Assembly: GCA_963830915.1 (NCBI GenBank) | Contig: CAWHOE010000051.1 | Coordinates: forward strand, 1-64,000 | Direction: 5' to 3' | Origin: a candidate division FCPU426 bacterium | GTDB lineage: Bacteria > Oederibacteriota > Muellerivitia > Muellerivitales > Muellerivitaceae | Length of the DNA: 64,000 nucleotides | Part shown: piece after piece, positions 38,828-48,879 of the stretch | How the letters are laid out: each line of letters opens with the position of its first letter | Numbering within the stretch: the stretch's first letter is position 1 | Translations under genes and position numbers: made by a program | Notes under the pieces: generated by a model | Seen by the model: only the letters and a program-made list of their open reading frames with translations | Databases searched by the model: none | What the model was told of the DNA's origin: nothing

Positions 38828-40183
38828 ATGAAACGTTTATCATTGCTTTTCATGATCCTTGCTTTGATCCTGCCGATAACGACGAAAGCCCAAGATCGCA
38901 ATGGAAAGGAGGGGAACGGTAAAGGCTCTTACAGCCAACCAGTCCGGCAAGCGAGCCGCCCGGCGGCCCATGTTGCCCGTCAACCGGTGGTGATCAATAT
39001 GAGCCGGCCTTCCAGCGGCGGCCACAACAGCAATTACCCCGCTCAACAGGCGGCCCCCCAACAAAGGCAGAAACCCTCTTACGGACAAATGAATTGGTCC
39101 CAACCGGCCCGGCAAACCCAGCCGCAGGTACGGGCCAACGTTTCTTTTGGTCAACCCGCCGTCCAACGTTACAGCGTCAAGTCTTACGCGAGTCCGGGGA
39201 TGAAAGCCGCGAACGCGGTCCATCACCATCCCTATACGCAGGGTTATGTGCGCAAGAAACTTCAGAAGATCGGTGTGACCGTCGAGCCCAGCTATATCAC
39301 CGACCGGGCGGAGATCATCCATACCGACCGAGCCCATTCCGTGATCGAATTCCCGAAACATGGGCCGGATAAGATGCTCATCACCGCTACCGCCATCTCT
39401 CCCCGCCATTTCAATGACGAGGCGGTTCGGGACCATATGGCCCTGATCAGCGGGGATGAGTGGCACTTGAAAGTGCAAGATTTGAACCGCGTGGAGATCC
39501 AGGTGGGCCACCACTATTGGCACCAGGAGAACGGTTTCAACTACTGCCATTACCTGGATAATTACGGCTATCACTGGTACGGTTGGTATGTGGGGAATCA
39601 GTTCTTTTGGAACCGCTATTTCAACGGCCGCTGGTGGTGGTATGACACGGACTTCGACCGCTGGTGTTTCTGGAACAACGGGTTTTGGTGGTGGCAGGAT
39701 CCTTATCACGTGGGCGACCTCTACTGCTACAACAACACCAACTATATTCCCTGTAATTCGGACCAAGACCAGGTGGTCGTGACGGCCCCTGCCGCTTCCT
39801 CGCTACAAGCCTATAACAGCCCGGATGGCACCCGCATCGTGAAGGTGGACAGCACCACCCAGGACGCGTTCCTCTACGACACGGCCAACCCGCCATCTTT
39901 CGAGCCGATCTATCTGGCCTCGGGGGTCAAGAACGTTCAATACTCCGACACGAGCAATGGAAGGCCTTTGGAGATCGTTCTGACTTTGAACGACGGGTCT
40001 TTCGATATGTTCGACGGGCAAGGGAATCCTTACAATCCTGGGGCTTTCGACGCGGACCAGGCGGCCCAGAGCAACGCCAATACCAACACAATGCCGGATA
40101 GCGGGGCGCCATCCACCTATAATCCGCCGCCCGACGGAGGAACGCCTCCGACCAGCGCTCCCTCGGCCGGTTCGGGAACCTGA
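38828..40183 (+). CDS. Secreted protein with a Gln/Pro-rich N-region and a Trp/Tyr-rich domain
   Basis: AGGAG RBS, signal peptide; paralogue of 33947-35299. Confidence 0.82.
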   Translation: MKRLSLLFMILALILPITTKAQDRNGKEGNGKGSYSQPVRQASRPAAHVARQPVVINMSRPSSGGHNSNYPAQQAAPQQRQKPSYGQMNWSQPARQTQPQVRANVSFGQPAVQRYSVKSYASPGMKAANAVHHHPYTQGYVRKKLQKIGVTVEPSYITDRAEIIHTDRAHSVIEFPKHGPDKMLITATAISPRHFNDEAVRDHMALISGDEWHLKVQDLNRVEIQVGHHYWHQENGFNYCHYLDNYGYHWYGWYVGNQFFWNRYFNGRWWWYDTDFDRWCFWNNGFWWWQDPYHVGDLYCYNNTNYIPCNSDQDQVVVTAPAASSLQAYNSPDGTRIVKVDSTTQDAFLYDTANPPSFEPIYLASGVKNVQYSDTSNGRPLEIVLTLNDGSFDMFDGQGNPYNPGAFDADQAAQSNANTNTMPDSGAPSTYNPPPDGGTPPTSAPSAGSGT

Positions 40184-40210
40184 CAGTAATTAAAAAAGAG
40201 AGAGTGTTTT

Positions 40211-40245
40211 AAAAGGCCGCCTGGTTACTAGGCGGCCTTTTTTTA
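40211..40245 (+). terminator. Intrinsic terminator (possibly bidirectional)
   Basis: AAAAGGCCGCCT-ggttact-AGGCGGCCTTTTTTT. Confidence 0.88.
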
Positions 40246-40272
40246 TTCGATTAAAAATATTTTTTGGGTGTC

Positions 40273-40301
40273 TTGACATTGAATTTTGAGTTCGGTAAAG
40301 T
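40273..40301 (+). promoter_or_regulatory. Sigma70 promoter of the sulfate operon
   Basis: TTGACA-17 nt-TAAAGT. Confidence 0.75.
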
Positions 40302-40310
40302 TCACAACAT

Positions 40311-40447
40311 CAAACGCGGGCTTTGATTTCCAAATTGCTCCGGCGTGTTCCCGAAAGGGGACGAACAGCGAGCTAAAGCGGACAATGAGTTTAAGAGAAT
40401 CTTCCTAAACCCGGGCCGCTTTCAAAGCGACTCGGGTTTTTTGTTTT
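40311..40447 (+). ncRNA. Candidate cis-regulatory RNA/attenuator, copy 1
   Basis: GCTTTG...TAAAGC enclosing stem, GTTCCC-GAAA-GGGGAC hairpin, terminator CCCGGGCCGCTTT-C-AAAGCGACTCGGG plus U-tract. Confidence 0.7.
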
Positions 40448-40541
40448 CAAGCGAAAAACCCTTTAAATACATAGGCTGCCCTGGTGGATCCTAACGGATC
40501 CAAAGGGCAGGACGCCCAAAAAGTCGATTTGGAATGGGTGT

Positions 40542-40680
40542 CAACGGTGAGGCTTTAATGTCCAACTTGCCCCGACCGCGTTTCCTGAAATGGGAACGAA
40601 CAGGGCGCTAAAGCGGTGTTGAGATTATTGAATTTCCATAATCCCGGCCCGCTTCGTAGGGGGTCCGGGATTTTTTATTT
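40542..40680 (+). ncRNA. Candidate cis-regulatory RNA/attenuator, copy 2
   Basis: GCTTTA...TAAAGC, CGTTTCC-TGAAAT-GGGAACG hairpin, terminator ATCCCGG...CCGGGAT plus U-tract. Confidence 0.7.
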
Positions 40681-40739
40681 GGACCCGAGCGGTCATCGGT
40701 ACGCGATAAACACCGAAAATTAAATAAAGGGGTTCGAAA

Positions 40740-42191
40740 ATGAGATCAATAAACAAGGTTTTAGCCGTATTGGCTGTGGCAGCTTCATGTGGATGGGGAG
40801 GATCACGGGTCTGGGCCCAGGATACGGCGGCGGAGGGGAAGGATGCCGCGCCGGTCTTGACCACCTCAGACCTGGAGATCATCAACAACCGGTTGACGGC
40901 ATTGGAGAAGAAGTCGGTCGTGGCCACTTTTGAGCATAACTACCTTGATCTTTCCGACCCAAAGGGCGATTTTGTCTTGAAGATCGGCGGGGTGGTCCAG
41001 GGAGATTACCGTTACTATTTTTCCCCCGCGTCCAGTTATGACAACTATTTACCGATCGGAAGCGGTACTTACCCCGAATTGGGAGCGACTTCCGGAACGG
41101 TCAATAAATCCAGCAGTACTTTCCTGGACCGGAAGGTGCGGTTGGACCTGATCGGCTTATTCGATCAGACAGGGGGTTTCCGCTTCCAGCCTGAATTCGG
41201 GGCGACCGGATACGCTATCCAGGACGCCTACGGCTTCATCAAGGCCGACCCGGCATTCCAGGCTCAATTGGGGAAATTCAAGGTGCCGATCGGTCTGGAA
41301 CGGCTCCAGAACGACACCGACACTCTGTTTGTGGAAAGGGCCTTGCCGACCGACTTGGTACCCAACCGGGACCTGGGATTGGAAATAACCGGCAATTTGG
41401 GCGGACGGTACGGTTACGCGGTGGCCTATACCAACGGCACGCCGGATAACTACACGCCTAATAACGCGGATGACGTGGCCTTGTCCAATGGGAAGGAACT
41501 CTCGGGACGGATATTCCTGACGCCCTTCGGACCGGATGATTCGATCCTCAAGAATCTGGGGGTTGGGATCACCGGTTCCTGGCTTTGGAACGTGAACTGG
41601 AACAGCAACGCCTATCCCAATTATTTCGTCACTTCCCTGGGCCAACAGCAGTTTTTCGCCTACCGGACCGGCGTGGCCCCTCAGGGGGATTTCTATCACT
41701 GGGATCCTCAGGCATACTTTTATAACGGTTCTTTCGGACTCTTGGGTGAGTATGTCCAATCGATCCAGGATGTTGGCATCAATAGCAAAACAGCTGTTGA
41801 TCTGACCGACCGGGCTTATCTGGTCCAGGCTTCCTGGGTCATTGGCGGCAAGGCTTCCTACCAGGGTGCGGCCGCGGATAACCCGTTGGACCTTTCCAAG
41901 GGTCATTGGGGAGCTTTGGAAGTCGCGGTGCGTGTCAACCAATTGACGATTGACCCGAAAGCGTTCAACGCGAACAAGACCGTTAATTTGGCGGCCACCA
42001 ATTCGGCCGAACAGGCAACGGCCTATGGGGTTGGGTTGAACTGGATATTTGATCCGCACCTCAAGCTGGTTTTCGATTGGGAAGAGACGGACTTTGTGGA
42101 AGGCAACCAGGTGACGCCGGTGGTGGCCGGGACGGTGACGAGCCTTCATCCGGAAAACGTGTTCACGACCCGAGTCCAAGCGAACTTTTGA
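40740..42191 (+). CDS. OprO/OprP-family anion-selective porin
   Basis: Signal peptide, GKFKVPIGLERLQ, ERALPTDLVPNRDLG, WGALEVAVR, C-terminal F. Confidence 0.88.
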   Translation: MRSINKVLAVLAVAASCGWGGSRVWAQDTAAEGKDAAPVLTTSDLEIINNRLTALEKKSVVATFEHNYLDLSDPKGDFVLKIGGVVQGDYRYYFSPASSYDNYLPIGSGTYPELGATSGTVNKSSSTFLDRKVRLDLIGLFDQTGGFRFQPEFGATGYAIQDAYGFIKADPAFQAQLGKFKVPIGLERLQNDTDTLFVERALPTDLVPNRDLGLEITGNLGGRYGYAVAYTNGTPDNYTPNNADDVALSNGKELSGRIFLTPFGPDDSILKNLGVGITGSWLWNVNWNSNAYPNYFVTSLGQQQFFAYRTGVAPQGDFYHWDPQAYFYNGSFGLLGEYVQSIQDVGINSKTAVDLTDRAYLVQASWVIGGKASYQGAAADNPLDLSKGHWGALEVAVRVNQLTIDPKAFNANKTVNLAATNSAEQATAYGVGLNWIFDPHLKLVFDWEETDFVEGNQVTPVVAGTVTSLHPENVFTTRVQANF

Positions 42192-42215
42192 TCACAGAAC
42201 AAAGGGGAAAATAAA

Positions 42216-43235
42216 ATGAAAAACCTAAAAAAATTATTGCTTCTGTCGTTCCTGACCCTTTCGGGAAGCGCCCTGGCCCAGAGCCAGGGCGCAAGCCCGG
42301 TGAATCTGTTGAACGTCTCCTACGACCCCACCCGGGAACTGTACGAGGACTACAATAAGGTGTTCGCCGAGCATTGGAAAAAAGAGAAGGGACAGGACGT
42401 GACGGTGAACGTGTCCAACGGCGGGTCGGGCAAGCAGGCCCGGGCGGTCATCGATGGGCTGGAGGCCGATGTGGCCACCCTGGGCCTGGCGGGGGATATC
42501 GACGCGATCGCGAGCAAGGCTCAGCTGCTTCCGGCGGATTGGCAAAGCCGCTTGCCCGAAAACAGCGCCCCTTATACCTCGACCATCGTGCTTCTGGTCC
42601 GTTCGGGAAACCCCAAGAACATCAAAGGATGGGAAGACCTGGTACGGCCGGACGTTTCGGTCATCACTCCCAATCCAAAGACCTCCGGAGGCGCCCGTTG
42701 GAATTTCCTGGCGGCCTGGGGCTACGCGCTGAAGAAATATGGGACCGATGACAAGGCCAGGGATTTCGTGACCAAGCTCTACAAGAACGTCGCGGTGCTG
42801 GATTCTGGGGCCAGAGGAGCCACCACGACCTTCGTGGAGCGGGGGATAGGGGACGTATTGATCGCCTGGGAGAACGAGGCCTTTCTGGCGGTCAAGGAAC
42901 TGGGACCGGGGAAATTCGAGATCGTGGTCCCGACCGAAACCATTCTGGCGGAGCCGACCGTGGCTTGGGTGGACAAGAATACCGAAAAACACGGCACCAC
43001 GGAATTGGCGAAGGCTTATTTGACCTACCTTTATTCGCCTGAAGGCCAGGATGTTGCCGCGCGCAACTACTACCGGCCCAGGGATAAAAAGGTGGCGGCC
43101 AAGTACGCGAAGCAATTTCCCAAGGTCAAACTTTTCACAATCGATAAAGTGTTCGGCGGTTGGAAAAAAGCACAGCCGGCCTTTTTCGGCGACGGGGGAG
43201 TATTCGATCAGATCTACCAGCCTGGGACAAAATAA
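42216..43235 (+). CDS. sbp: Sulfate ABC transporter substrate-binding protein
   Basis: [37 protein letters not shown]. Confidence 0.96.
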   Translation: MKNLKKLLLLSFLTLSGSALAQSQGASPVNLLNVSYDPTRELYEDYNKVFAEHWKKEKGQDVTVNVSNGGSGKQARAVIDGLEADVATLGLAGDIDAIASKAQLLPADWQSRLPENSAPYTSTIVLLVRSGNPKNIKGWEDLVRPDVSVITPNPKTSGGARWNFLAAWGYALKKYGTDDKARDFVTKLYKNVAVLDSGARGATTTFVERGIGDVLIAWENEAFLAVKELGPGKFEIVVPTETILAEPTVAWVDKNTEKHGTTELAKAYLTYLYSPEGQDVAARNYYRPRDKKVAAKYAKQFPKVKLFTIDKVFGGWKKAQPAFFGDGGVFDQIYQPGTK

Positions 43236-43352
43236 GGTCGGGTTGGGACCCCGCCCCGGATCCTGGGGCGGGGATCATTTCCACAAAGGCGCTTAACCAT
43301 GGACATCACATCCTATTACGAGGAGCCTCTCTTTGAGGTCCGAGGAAAACCA

Positions 43353-43631
43353 ATGGCCATCACAGAAAAGATACCGATCCCGCATCGGTTGGGACTGCAT
43401 TTGAGGGCGGGGGCCGAGCTGGTGAAGGTCGCGAGCCGTTTTCAAAGCGACATAAGGGTTTCCAACGGTAACCGGACGGTGGACGCCAAGAGTTTGCTGG
43501 GGCTCTTAACCCTTGGGGCCATTTATGCTACGGTGCTTGAGTTTTCGGCCGATGGGGACGACGCGTCCCGGGCGATCCAGGCCATCCGGGAGTTGTTGGA
43601 AACTTGGAAGGGAAGAAATGAAACGATTTAG
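43353..43631 (+). CDS. ptsH: HPr family phosphocarrier protein
   Basis: GLHLRA (His15 equivalent), VDAKSLLGLLTL (Ser46 equivalent). Confidence 0.88.
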   Translation: MAITEKIPIPHRLGLHLRAGAELVKVASRFQSDIRVSNGNRTVDAKSLLGLLTLGAIYATVLEFSADGDDASRAIQAIRELLETWKGRNETI

Positions 43632-44448
43632 ATCCACCGGGGTATTGCCGGGCTTCGGCCTGTCGATGGGTTTTACCCTGACCTATTTAAGCCTGATCGT
43701 TCTTATCCCCCTGGCCGCATTGATATTGAAGACCACGACCATCACCTGGGGGCAATTCATCCAGAACGTCACCAACCCCAGGGTGATGGCTTCCTACCGG
43801 CTTACTTTTGGAGCTTCCTTGATCGGGGCCGTGATCAATTCCTTCTTTGGCGTGATCGTGGCCTGGGTCCTGGTCCGCTATGAGTTTCCCGGCAAAAAAC
43901 TGATGGACGCTTTGGTGGACCTGCCTTTCGCCCTTCCTACCGCAGTGGCGGGGATCACCTTGACCGCGATCTATTCGACCAACGGTTGGATCGGGAGCCG
44001 TTTGGCACCCTTGGGCATCCACGTGGCCTATACCCCTTTGGGGATCATGGTGGCCCTCACTTTCATTGGTCTGCCATTCGTGGTGAGGACCCTTCAGCCC
44101 GTTCTGGAATCCCTCGATCCCGAGATCGAGAAGGCCGCGGTCAGTCTGGGAGCTGACCGGTGGTATACGGTCACCCGGGTCGTTTTGCCGACTCTATTGC
44201 CTGCCTGGATCACCGGTTCTTCCCTGGCTTTTGCCAGGGCGGTCGGGGAATACGGTTCGGTCGTTTTCATCGCGGGGAACATGCCGATGAAAACCGAGAT
44301 AACACCTCTTTTGATCATTACCAAATTGGAACAGTACGATTACGCCGGGGCCACCTCCATCGGGGTGGTGATGTTGGCCATCTCATTCTTGCTGTTGTTG
44401 ACCATTAACTGGCTTCAATCCAAAACCGGGCAATACAGGATCCATTGA
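43618..44448 (+). CDS. cysT: Sulfate ABC transporter permease CysT
   Basis: [25 protein letters not shown]. Confidence 0.95.
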   Translation: MKRFRSTGVLPGFGLSMGFTLTYLSLIVLIPLAALILKTTTITWGQFIQNVTNPRVMASYRLTFGASLIGAVINSFFGVIVAWVLVRYEFPGKKLMDALVDLPFALPTAVAGITLTAIYSTNGWIGSRLAPLGIHVAYTPLGIMVALTFIGLPFVVRTLQPVLESLDPEIEKAAVSLGADRWYTVTRVVLPTLLPAWITGSSLAFARAVGEYGSVVFIAGNMPMKTEITPLLIITKLEQYDYAGATSIGVVMLAISFLLLLTINWLQSKTGQYRIH

Positions 44449-45356
44449 TGAAAGAAACCTTGATCGTAAGTTTTAGAGGAACCCGAAACAACGACCCGGC
44501 CAGGGCCCTGACCGAACCCTTGTGGGTCAGGTGGTTCTTGATCGCCATCGCGGTATCGTTCATGGGCCTGTTCTTGGTGGTCCCTTTGGTCGAGGTTTTC
44601 GCTTCGGCGCTCGACAAGGGGTTCCAATATTATTTCAACGCCATCCGGGAGCCGGCGGCTTTGTCGGCCATCAAGTTGACCCTGATCGCGGCGGGCGTGT
44701 CCGTCCTCTTGAACACCCTGTTCGGATTATCCGCCGCCTGGGCCATCACCAAATTCCAGTTCCCGGGGAAAAACCTGCTGATCACCCTGATCGACCTGCC
44801 CTTCACCGTTTCCCCTGTGGTTTCCGGTTTGATCTACGTGCTCCTGTTCGGGTTGCAAGGTTTGATGGGCCATTGGCTGAAGGACCATGACATCCAGATC
44901 ATCTTCGCCTTGCCCGGGATCGTGCTGGCCACGGTCTTCGTGACCTTCCCTTTTGTGGCCAGGGAATTGATCCCTCTCATGCAGGAACAAGGTTCGGAAG
45001 AGGAAGAAGCGGCCAAAGTTCTGGGCGCCAACGGCTGGCAAACCTTTTGGAAGGTGACCTTGCCCAATATCCAGTGGGGGTTGCTCTACGGCATCATCCT
45101 TTGCAACGCCAGGGCTATGGGCGAGTTCGGGGCTGTGTCGGTGGTTTCGGGACATATCCGGGGTCTGACCAATACATTGCCCCTTCACGTTGAGATCCTA
45201 TACAACGAATATAACTTTACCGCCGCGTTCGCGGTGGCGTCCCTTTTGACCTTTTTGGCCCTCTTGACCCTGGTGGCCAAGACCCTGGTGGGCGCCAAGT
45301 ATTCCCGGGAACGAGGAGTGTTGACCACGAGTTTGGAAAACGAGGTAACGCCATGA
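44445..45356 (+). CDS. cysW: Sulfate ABC transporter permease CysW
   Basis: [29 protein letters not shown]. Confidence 0.95.
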   Translation: MMKETLIVSFRGTRNNDPARALTEPLWVRWFLIAIAVSFMGLFLVVPLVEVFASALDKGFQYYFNAIREPAALSAIKLTLIAAGVSVLLNTLFGLSAAWAITKFQFPGKNLLITLIDLPFTVSPVVSGLIYVLLFGLQGLMGHWLKDHDIQIIFALPGIVLATVFVTFPFVARELIPLMQEQGSEEEEAAKVLGANGWQTFWKVTLPNIQWGLLYGIILCNARAMGEFGAVSVVSGHIRGLTNTLPLHVEILYNEYNFTAAFAVASLLTFLALLTLVAKTLVGAKYSRERGVLTTSLENEVTP

Positions 45357-46393
45357 GCATCGAAGTCCGTGGTTTAAGCAAATACTTCAACGGGTTCAAA
45401 GCCGTCCATGAAGTCAGCGTAAAACTGGAAACCGGTTCCTTGACGGCTCTTTTGGGCCCTTCCGGTTCTGGAAAAAGCACCCTTCTTCGGATGATCGCGG
45501 GATTGGAAGTGCCGGACGCGGGCGAGATCCATCTGACCGGTCGAGAAGCCACCTATGTCACGGCCAAGGAACGAAACGTGGGTTTCGTGTTCCAGCATTA
45601 CGCCCTGTTCAAACACATGACGGTCTATGAGAACATCGCCTTCGGGCTTCGGGTCCGCAAACAAACCGAGAAAGAGATCAAAGACAGGGTTTATGAGCTT
45701 CTCAACCTGATCCAGTTGACCGGTTATGAAAAGCGTTACCCTTCCCAGCTTTCAGGCGGTCAGCGGCAAAGGGTGGCGGTGGCTCGGGCTTTGGCTCCCC
45801 GACCGGAAGTTCTTTTGCTGGATGAACCCTTCGGGGCTTTGGACGCCAAAGTGCGGGAAGAACTGAGGGACTGGATATTGAAACTCCATGAGGAGACCAG
45901 TGTGACCACCCTTTTCGTGACCCACGACCAACAGGAAGCCATGGAAGTGGCCAGCCGGATACTCATTATGAACAAGGGACAGATCGAGCAGGATGGCACC
46001 CCGATCGAGATCTTCGACAAACCAGCCACCCATTTCATCGCCCAGTTCGTGGGGGAGACCAATTTCATCGACACCGAAGTAACGGAAAAGGGTTTGGCGG
46101 TCTGGGGACCTTTCCGTTTTTCAATCAACCCAACTTTGGCCGTGAAGCGGAAAATACGAATCTATTTCAGGCCGAACGATGTTTATATGACCGAGCAGTT
46201 CGAGACCCTGCAGGTACAGGCCAAGATCGCCAAGACCAGGTTCAAGGGAACGGTCATCGAGTACCAGTTGGATATCGGGGGGGATAAGAACATTTCCGCC
46301 CAGATACCCAAAGGCGTGGCTTTGGCCAGCGGTTTCAAGGAAGGCCAGTTCGTTTACGCGGCCATCACGGCTTTCCACGTGTTCCCACTCTGA
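45353..46393 (+). CDS. cysA: Sulfate ABC transporter ATP-binding protein
   Basis: [31 protein letters not shown]. Confidence 0.95.
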   Translation: MSIEVRGLSKYFNGFKAVHEVSVKLETGSLTALLGPSGSGKSTLLRMIAGLEVPDAGEIHLTGREATYVTAKERNVGFVFQHYALFKHMTVYENIAFGLRVRKQTEKEIKDRVYELLNLIQLTGYEKRYPSQLSGGQRQRVAVARALAPRPEVLLLDEPFGALDAKVREELRDWILKLHEETSVTTLFVTHDQQEAMEVASRILIMNKGQIEQDGTPIEIFDKPATHFIAQFVGETNFIDTEVTEKGLAVWGPFRFSINPTLAVKRKIRIYFRPNDVYMTEQFETLQVQAKIAKTRFKGTVIEYQLDIGGDKNISAQIPKGVALASGFKEGQFVYAAITAFHVFPL

Positions 46394-46540
46394 TCAAAGT
46401 GGATTAATCTCTTGGGTTAAGCATTGAGATATAGCGTTGGAAAGTGTATTTTTGTTGAGCTTTCGCGGCTCTCCCTCTGGATTTTAGGATTCCAAAAGCC
46501 GAATAATGTCTGAAATCGAATCGAAAAGAGTTATGGCATC

Positions 46541-47455
46541 GTGACTGACGTTAAAACCTTATCCCATTTGAAACAGCTGGAAGCGGAAAGCATCTTCATC
46601 CTGCGGGAAGTGGTGGCCGAGTTCAAGAACCCGGTCATGCTTTATTCCGTGGGAAAGGATTCCAGCGTCATGGTGCGCCTGGCCCAGAAGGCCTTCCACC
46701 CAGGCAAAATACCTTTCCCTCTATTACATGTGGACACGGGTTACAAATTCCCCGAGATGTACGAGTTCAGGGATAAATTCGTGAAGGAGATCGGGGCCAA
46801 TCTTCTGGTGGAACGCAATGAGGATGCCATCGCGGGCGGAGCGAGTCCTTTCAAGTATGGGGTCCAGAAATGCTGCGGATTGTTGAAAACCCAAGGTTTG
46901 TTGGATGCCCTGACCAAACACGGATATGACGCCGCTTTCGGGGGGGCCAGGCGGGAAGAGGAAAAGTCCCGAGCGAAGGAAAGGGTCTATTCTTTCCGGG
47001 ATTCCTTCGGGCAATGGGACCCCAAGAACCAACGGCCTGAGCTTTGGGACCTTTATAACTCCCGGGTCAACGAGGGGGAGTCCATCCGGGTGTTCCCCTT
47101 GTCCAATTGGACCGAGTTGGACATCTGGCTCTATATCGAGTTGGAGAAGATCCCGGTAGTCCCCATTTATTTCACCCACACCCGAAAGATCATCAAACGC
47201 AAAAGCCTGCTTATCCCCTGGGCGGGACATATACCCATCCTGCCGGGGGATGAAGTGAAGGATATGAGGGTCAGGTTCCGCTCGTTGGGATGTATGTCCT
47301 GCACGGGCGCTGTCCAATCGGACCAGGAAGTGCATGACCTGAAAGGAATCATCGAGGACCTGATCGGTACCCGAAAGAGCGAGAGGGAAAACCGCATCAT
47401 CGACCACGGGTCGGATAGTTCCATGGAACAAAAGAAAAAAGAAGGATACTTCTAA
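46541..47455 (+). CDS. cysD: Sulfate adenylyltransferase subunit 2
   Basis: [35 protein letters not shown]. Confidence 0.97.
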   Translation: MTDVKTLSHLKQLEAESIFILREVVAEFKNPVMLYSVGKDSSVMVRLAQKAFHPGKIPFPLLHVDTGYKFPEMYEFRDKFVKEIGANLLVERNEDAIAGGASPFKYGVQKCCGLLKTQGLLDALTKHGYDAAFGGARREEEKSRAKERVYSFRDSFGQWDPKNQRPELWDLYNSRVNEGESIRVFPLSNWTELDIWLYIELEKIPVVPIYFTHTRKIIKRKSLLIPWAGHIPILPGDEVKDMRVRFRSLGCMSCTGAVQSDQEVHDLKGIIEDLIGTRKSERENRIIDHGSDSSMEQKKKEGYF

Positions 47456-47461
47456 AGGCAG

Positions 47462-47596
47462 CCGACAGACGACAGTTCGCAGTCGTCAGGGAAAATTACG
47501 GCGAAAGAATTTCCGCCTGAGGATTCCGGTAGTATAAATTACGGCTAGGATCGATCGGCTGGAACATAGCAACCGTCGACTGTTGACTGTCGACTG
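47462..47596. repeat. Inverted heptamer arrays between cysD and cysN
   Basis: CCGACAG ACGACAG TTCGCAG TCGTCAG ... CCGTCGA CTGTTGA CTGTCGA CTG. Confidence 0.65.
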
Positions 47597-47610
47597 AAAA
47601 CGGAGTTGGA

Positions 47611-48879
47611 ATGACGATCGACGAAAGATCCGAGATAAGTTACGCCAATATGGGTCTGCTTCGTTTCTCGACCGCGGGGTCGGTTGACGACGGCAAGTCC
47701 ACGCTCATTGGGCGGTTGCTTTTCGATTCCAAGGGTGTTTTCGAGGACCAACTGGAAGCCATCCGTAAGACCACCCGCCGGAAGGGCCGGGAAGAGATCG
47801 ACCTGGCCCTCATCACCGACGGCCTGGAAGCCGAAAGGGAACAGGGCATCACCATCGATGTGGCCTACCGTTATTTCGCCACACCGAAACGCAAGTTCAT
47901 CATCGCCGATAGTCCCGGCCACGAGCAATATACCCGAAATATGGTCACGGGCGCCTCGACCGCCAACCTTTCCATCATCCTTTTGGACGCGCGCAATGGG
48001 GTCATGACCCAATCCCGACGGCATGGTTACATCGCCACCTTACTGGGCATTCCCCATCTGGTCGTGGCCATCAATAAGATGGACCTTGTGGATTATTCCC
48101 AGGAAGTTTTTGAGAGGATCCGGAAAGAATACGAGGCTTTCGGAAGGAGCATCGGGGCCAAGGAACTGGTGATGATACCGATCTCGGCCCTCAAGGGCGA
48201 TAATGTGGTAGAAAAGAGCCAGAAGATGCCCTGGTACCAGGGACCGACCCTTTTGGAACATCTGGAGTCGGTCGAGATCGACCATGACCTGAACCTGGAG
48301 GATTTCCGCTTCCCGGTCCAAACGGTCCTTCGTCCCAACCTGGATTACCGGGGATTCGCGGGCCGGGTGGCCTCGGGTGTGGTGAAGAAAGGGGATCGGA
48401 TCATGGTCCTTCCCACGGGGTTCGAGTCGACCGTCAAAACCATCGATACCTTCGATGGGGAATTGGAACAAGCTTATCCGCCCATGTCGGTGACCTTGCG
48501 ATTGGCCGATGAGCTGGATATTTCCCGCGGGGATATGCTGGTTCACCCCGGCCATAAACCCTTGAGTTCCAATTCGTTCACCGCCGACCTTTGTTGGATG
48601 GTGACCGAACCGCTCTCTTTACAGAAAAAATACGTCCTCAAGCATACGACCCAATCGCTCAAGGCCATGGTGAAAAGCATCGAATACCGGACCAATATCA
48701 ACACGCTTGAAAAAGAGACGGTCGATAAACTCCAGCTGAACGATATCGCGAGGGTCAAGATCCAAACCCTGAAACCTCTTTATTACGACCCCTATCTCAA
48801 GAACCGGAACACGGGAAATTTCATATTGATCGACGAGTTGTCCAACAACACCGTGGCCGCGGGGATGATCGTTGGATAA
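47611..48879 (+). CDS. cysN: Sulfate adenylyltransferase subunit 1 (no fused CysC)
   Basis: [39 protein letters not shown]. Confidence 0.97.
   Translation: MTIDERSEISYANMGLLRFSTAGSVDDGKSTLIGRLLFDSKGVFEDQLEAIRKTTRRKGREEIDLALITDGLEAEREQGITIDVAYRYFATPKRKFIIADSPGHEQYTRNMVTGASTANLSIILLDARNGVMTQSRRHGYIATLLGIPHLVVAINKMDLVDYSQEVFERIRKEYEAFGRSIGAKELVMIPISALKGDNVVEKSQKMPWYQGPTLLEHLESVEIDHDLNLEDFRFPVQTVLRPNLDYRGFAGRVASGVVKKGDRIMVLPTGFESTVKTIDTFDGELEQAYPPMSVTLRLADELDISRGDMLVHPGHKPLSSNSFTADLCWMVTEPLSLQKKYVLKHTTQSLKAMVKSIEYRTNINTLEKETVDKLQLNDIARVKIQTLKPLYYDPYLKNRNTGNFILIDELSNNTVAAGMIVG

Noticed and set aside
40345..40365. SAM-III (SMK) or c-di-GMP-I riboswitch call based on GTTCCCGAAAGG
   Set aside because: Only a short hairpin resembles them. 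The remaining consensus elements were not found, so the motif is left unassigned.
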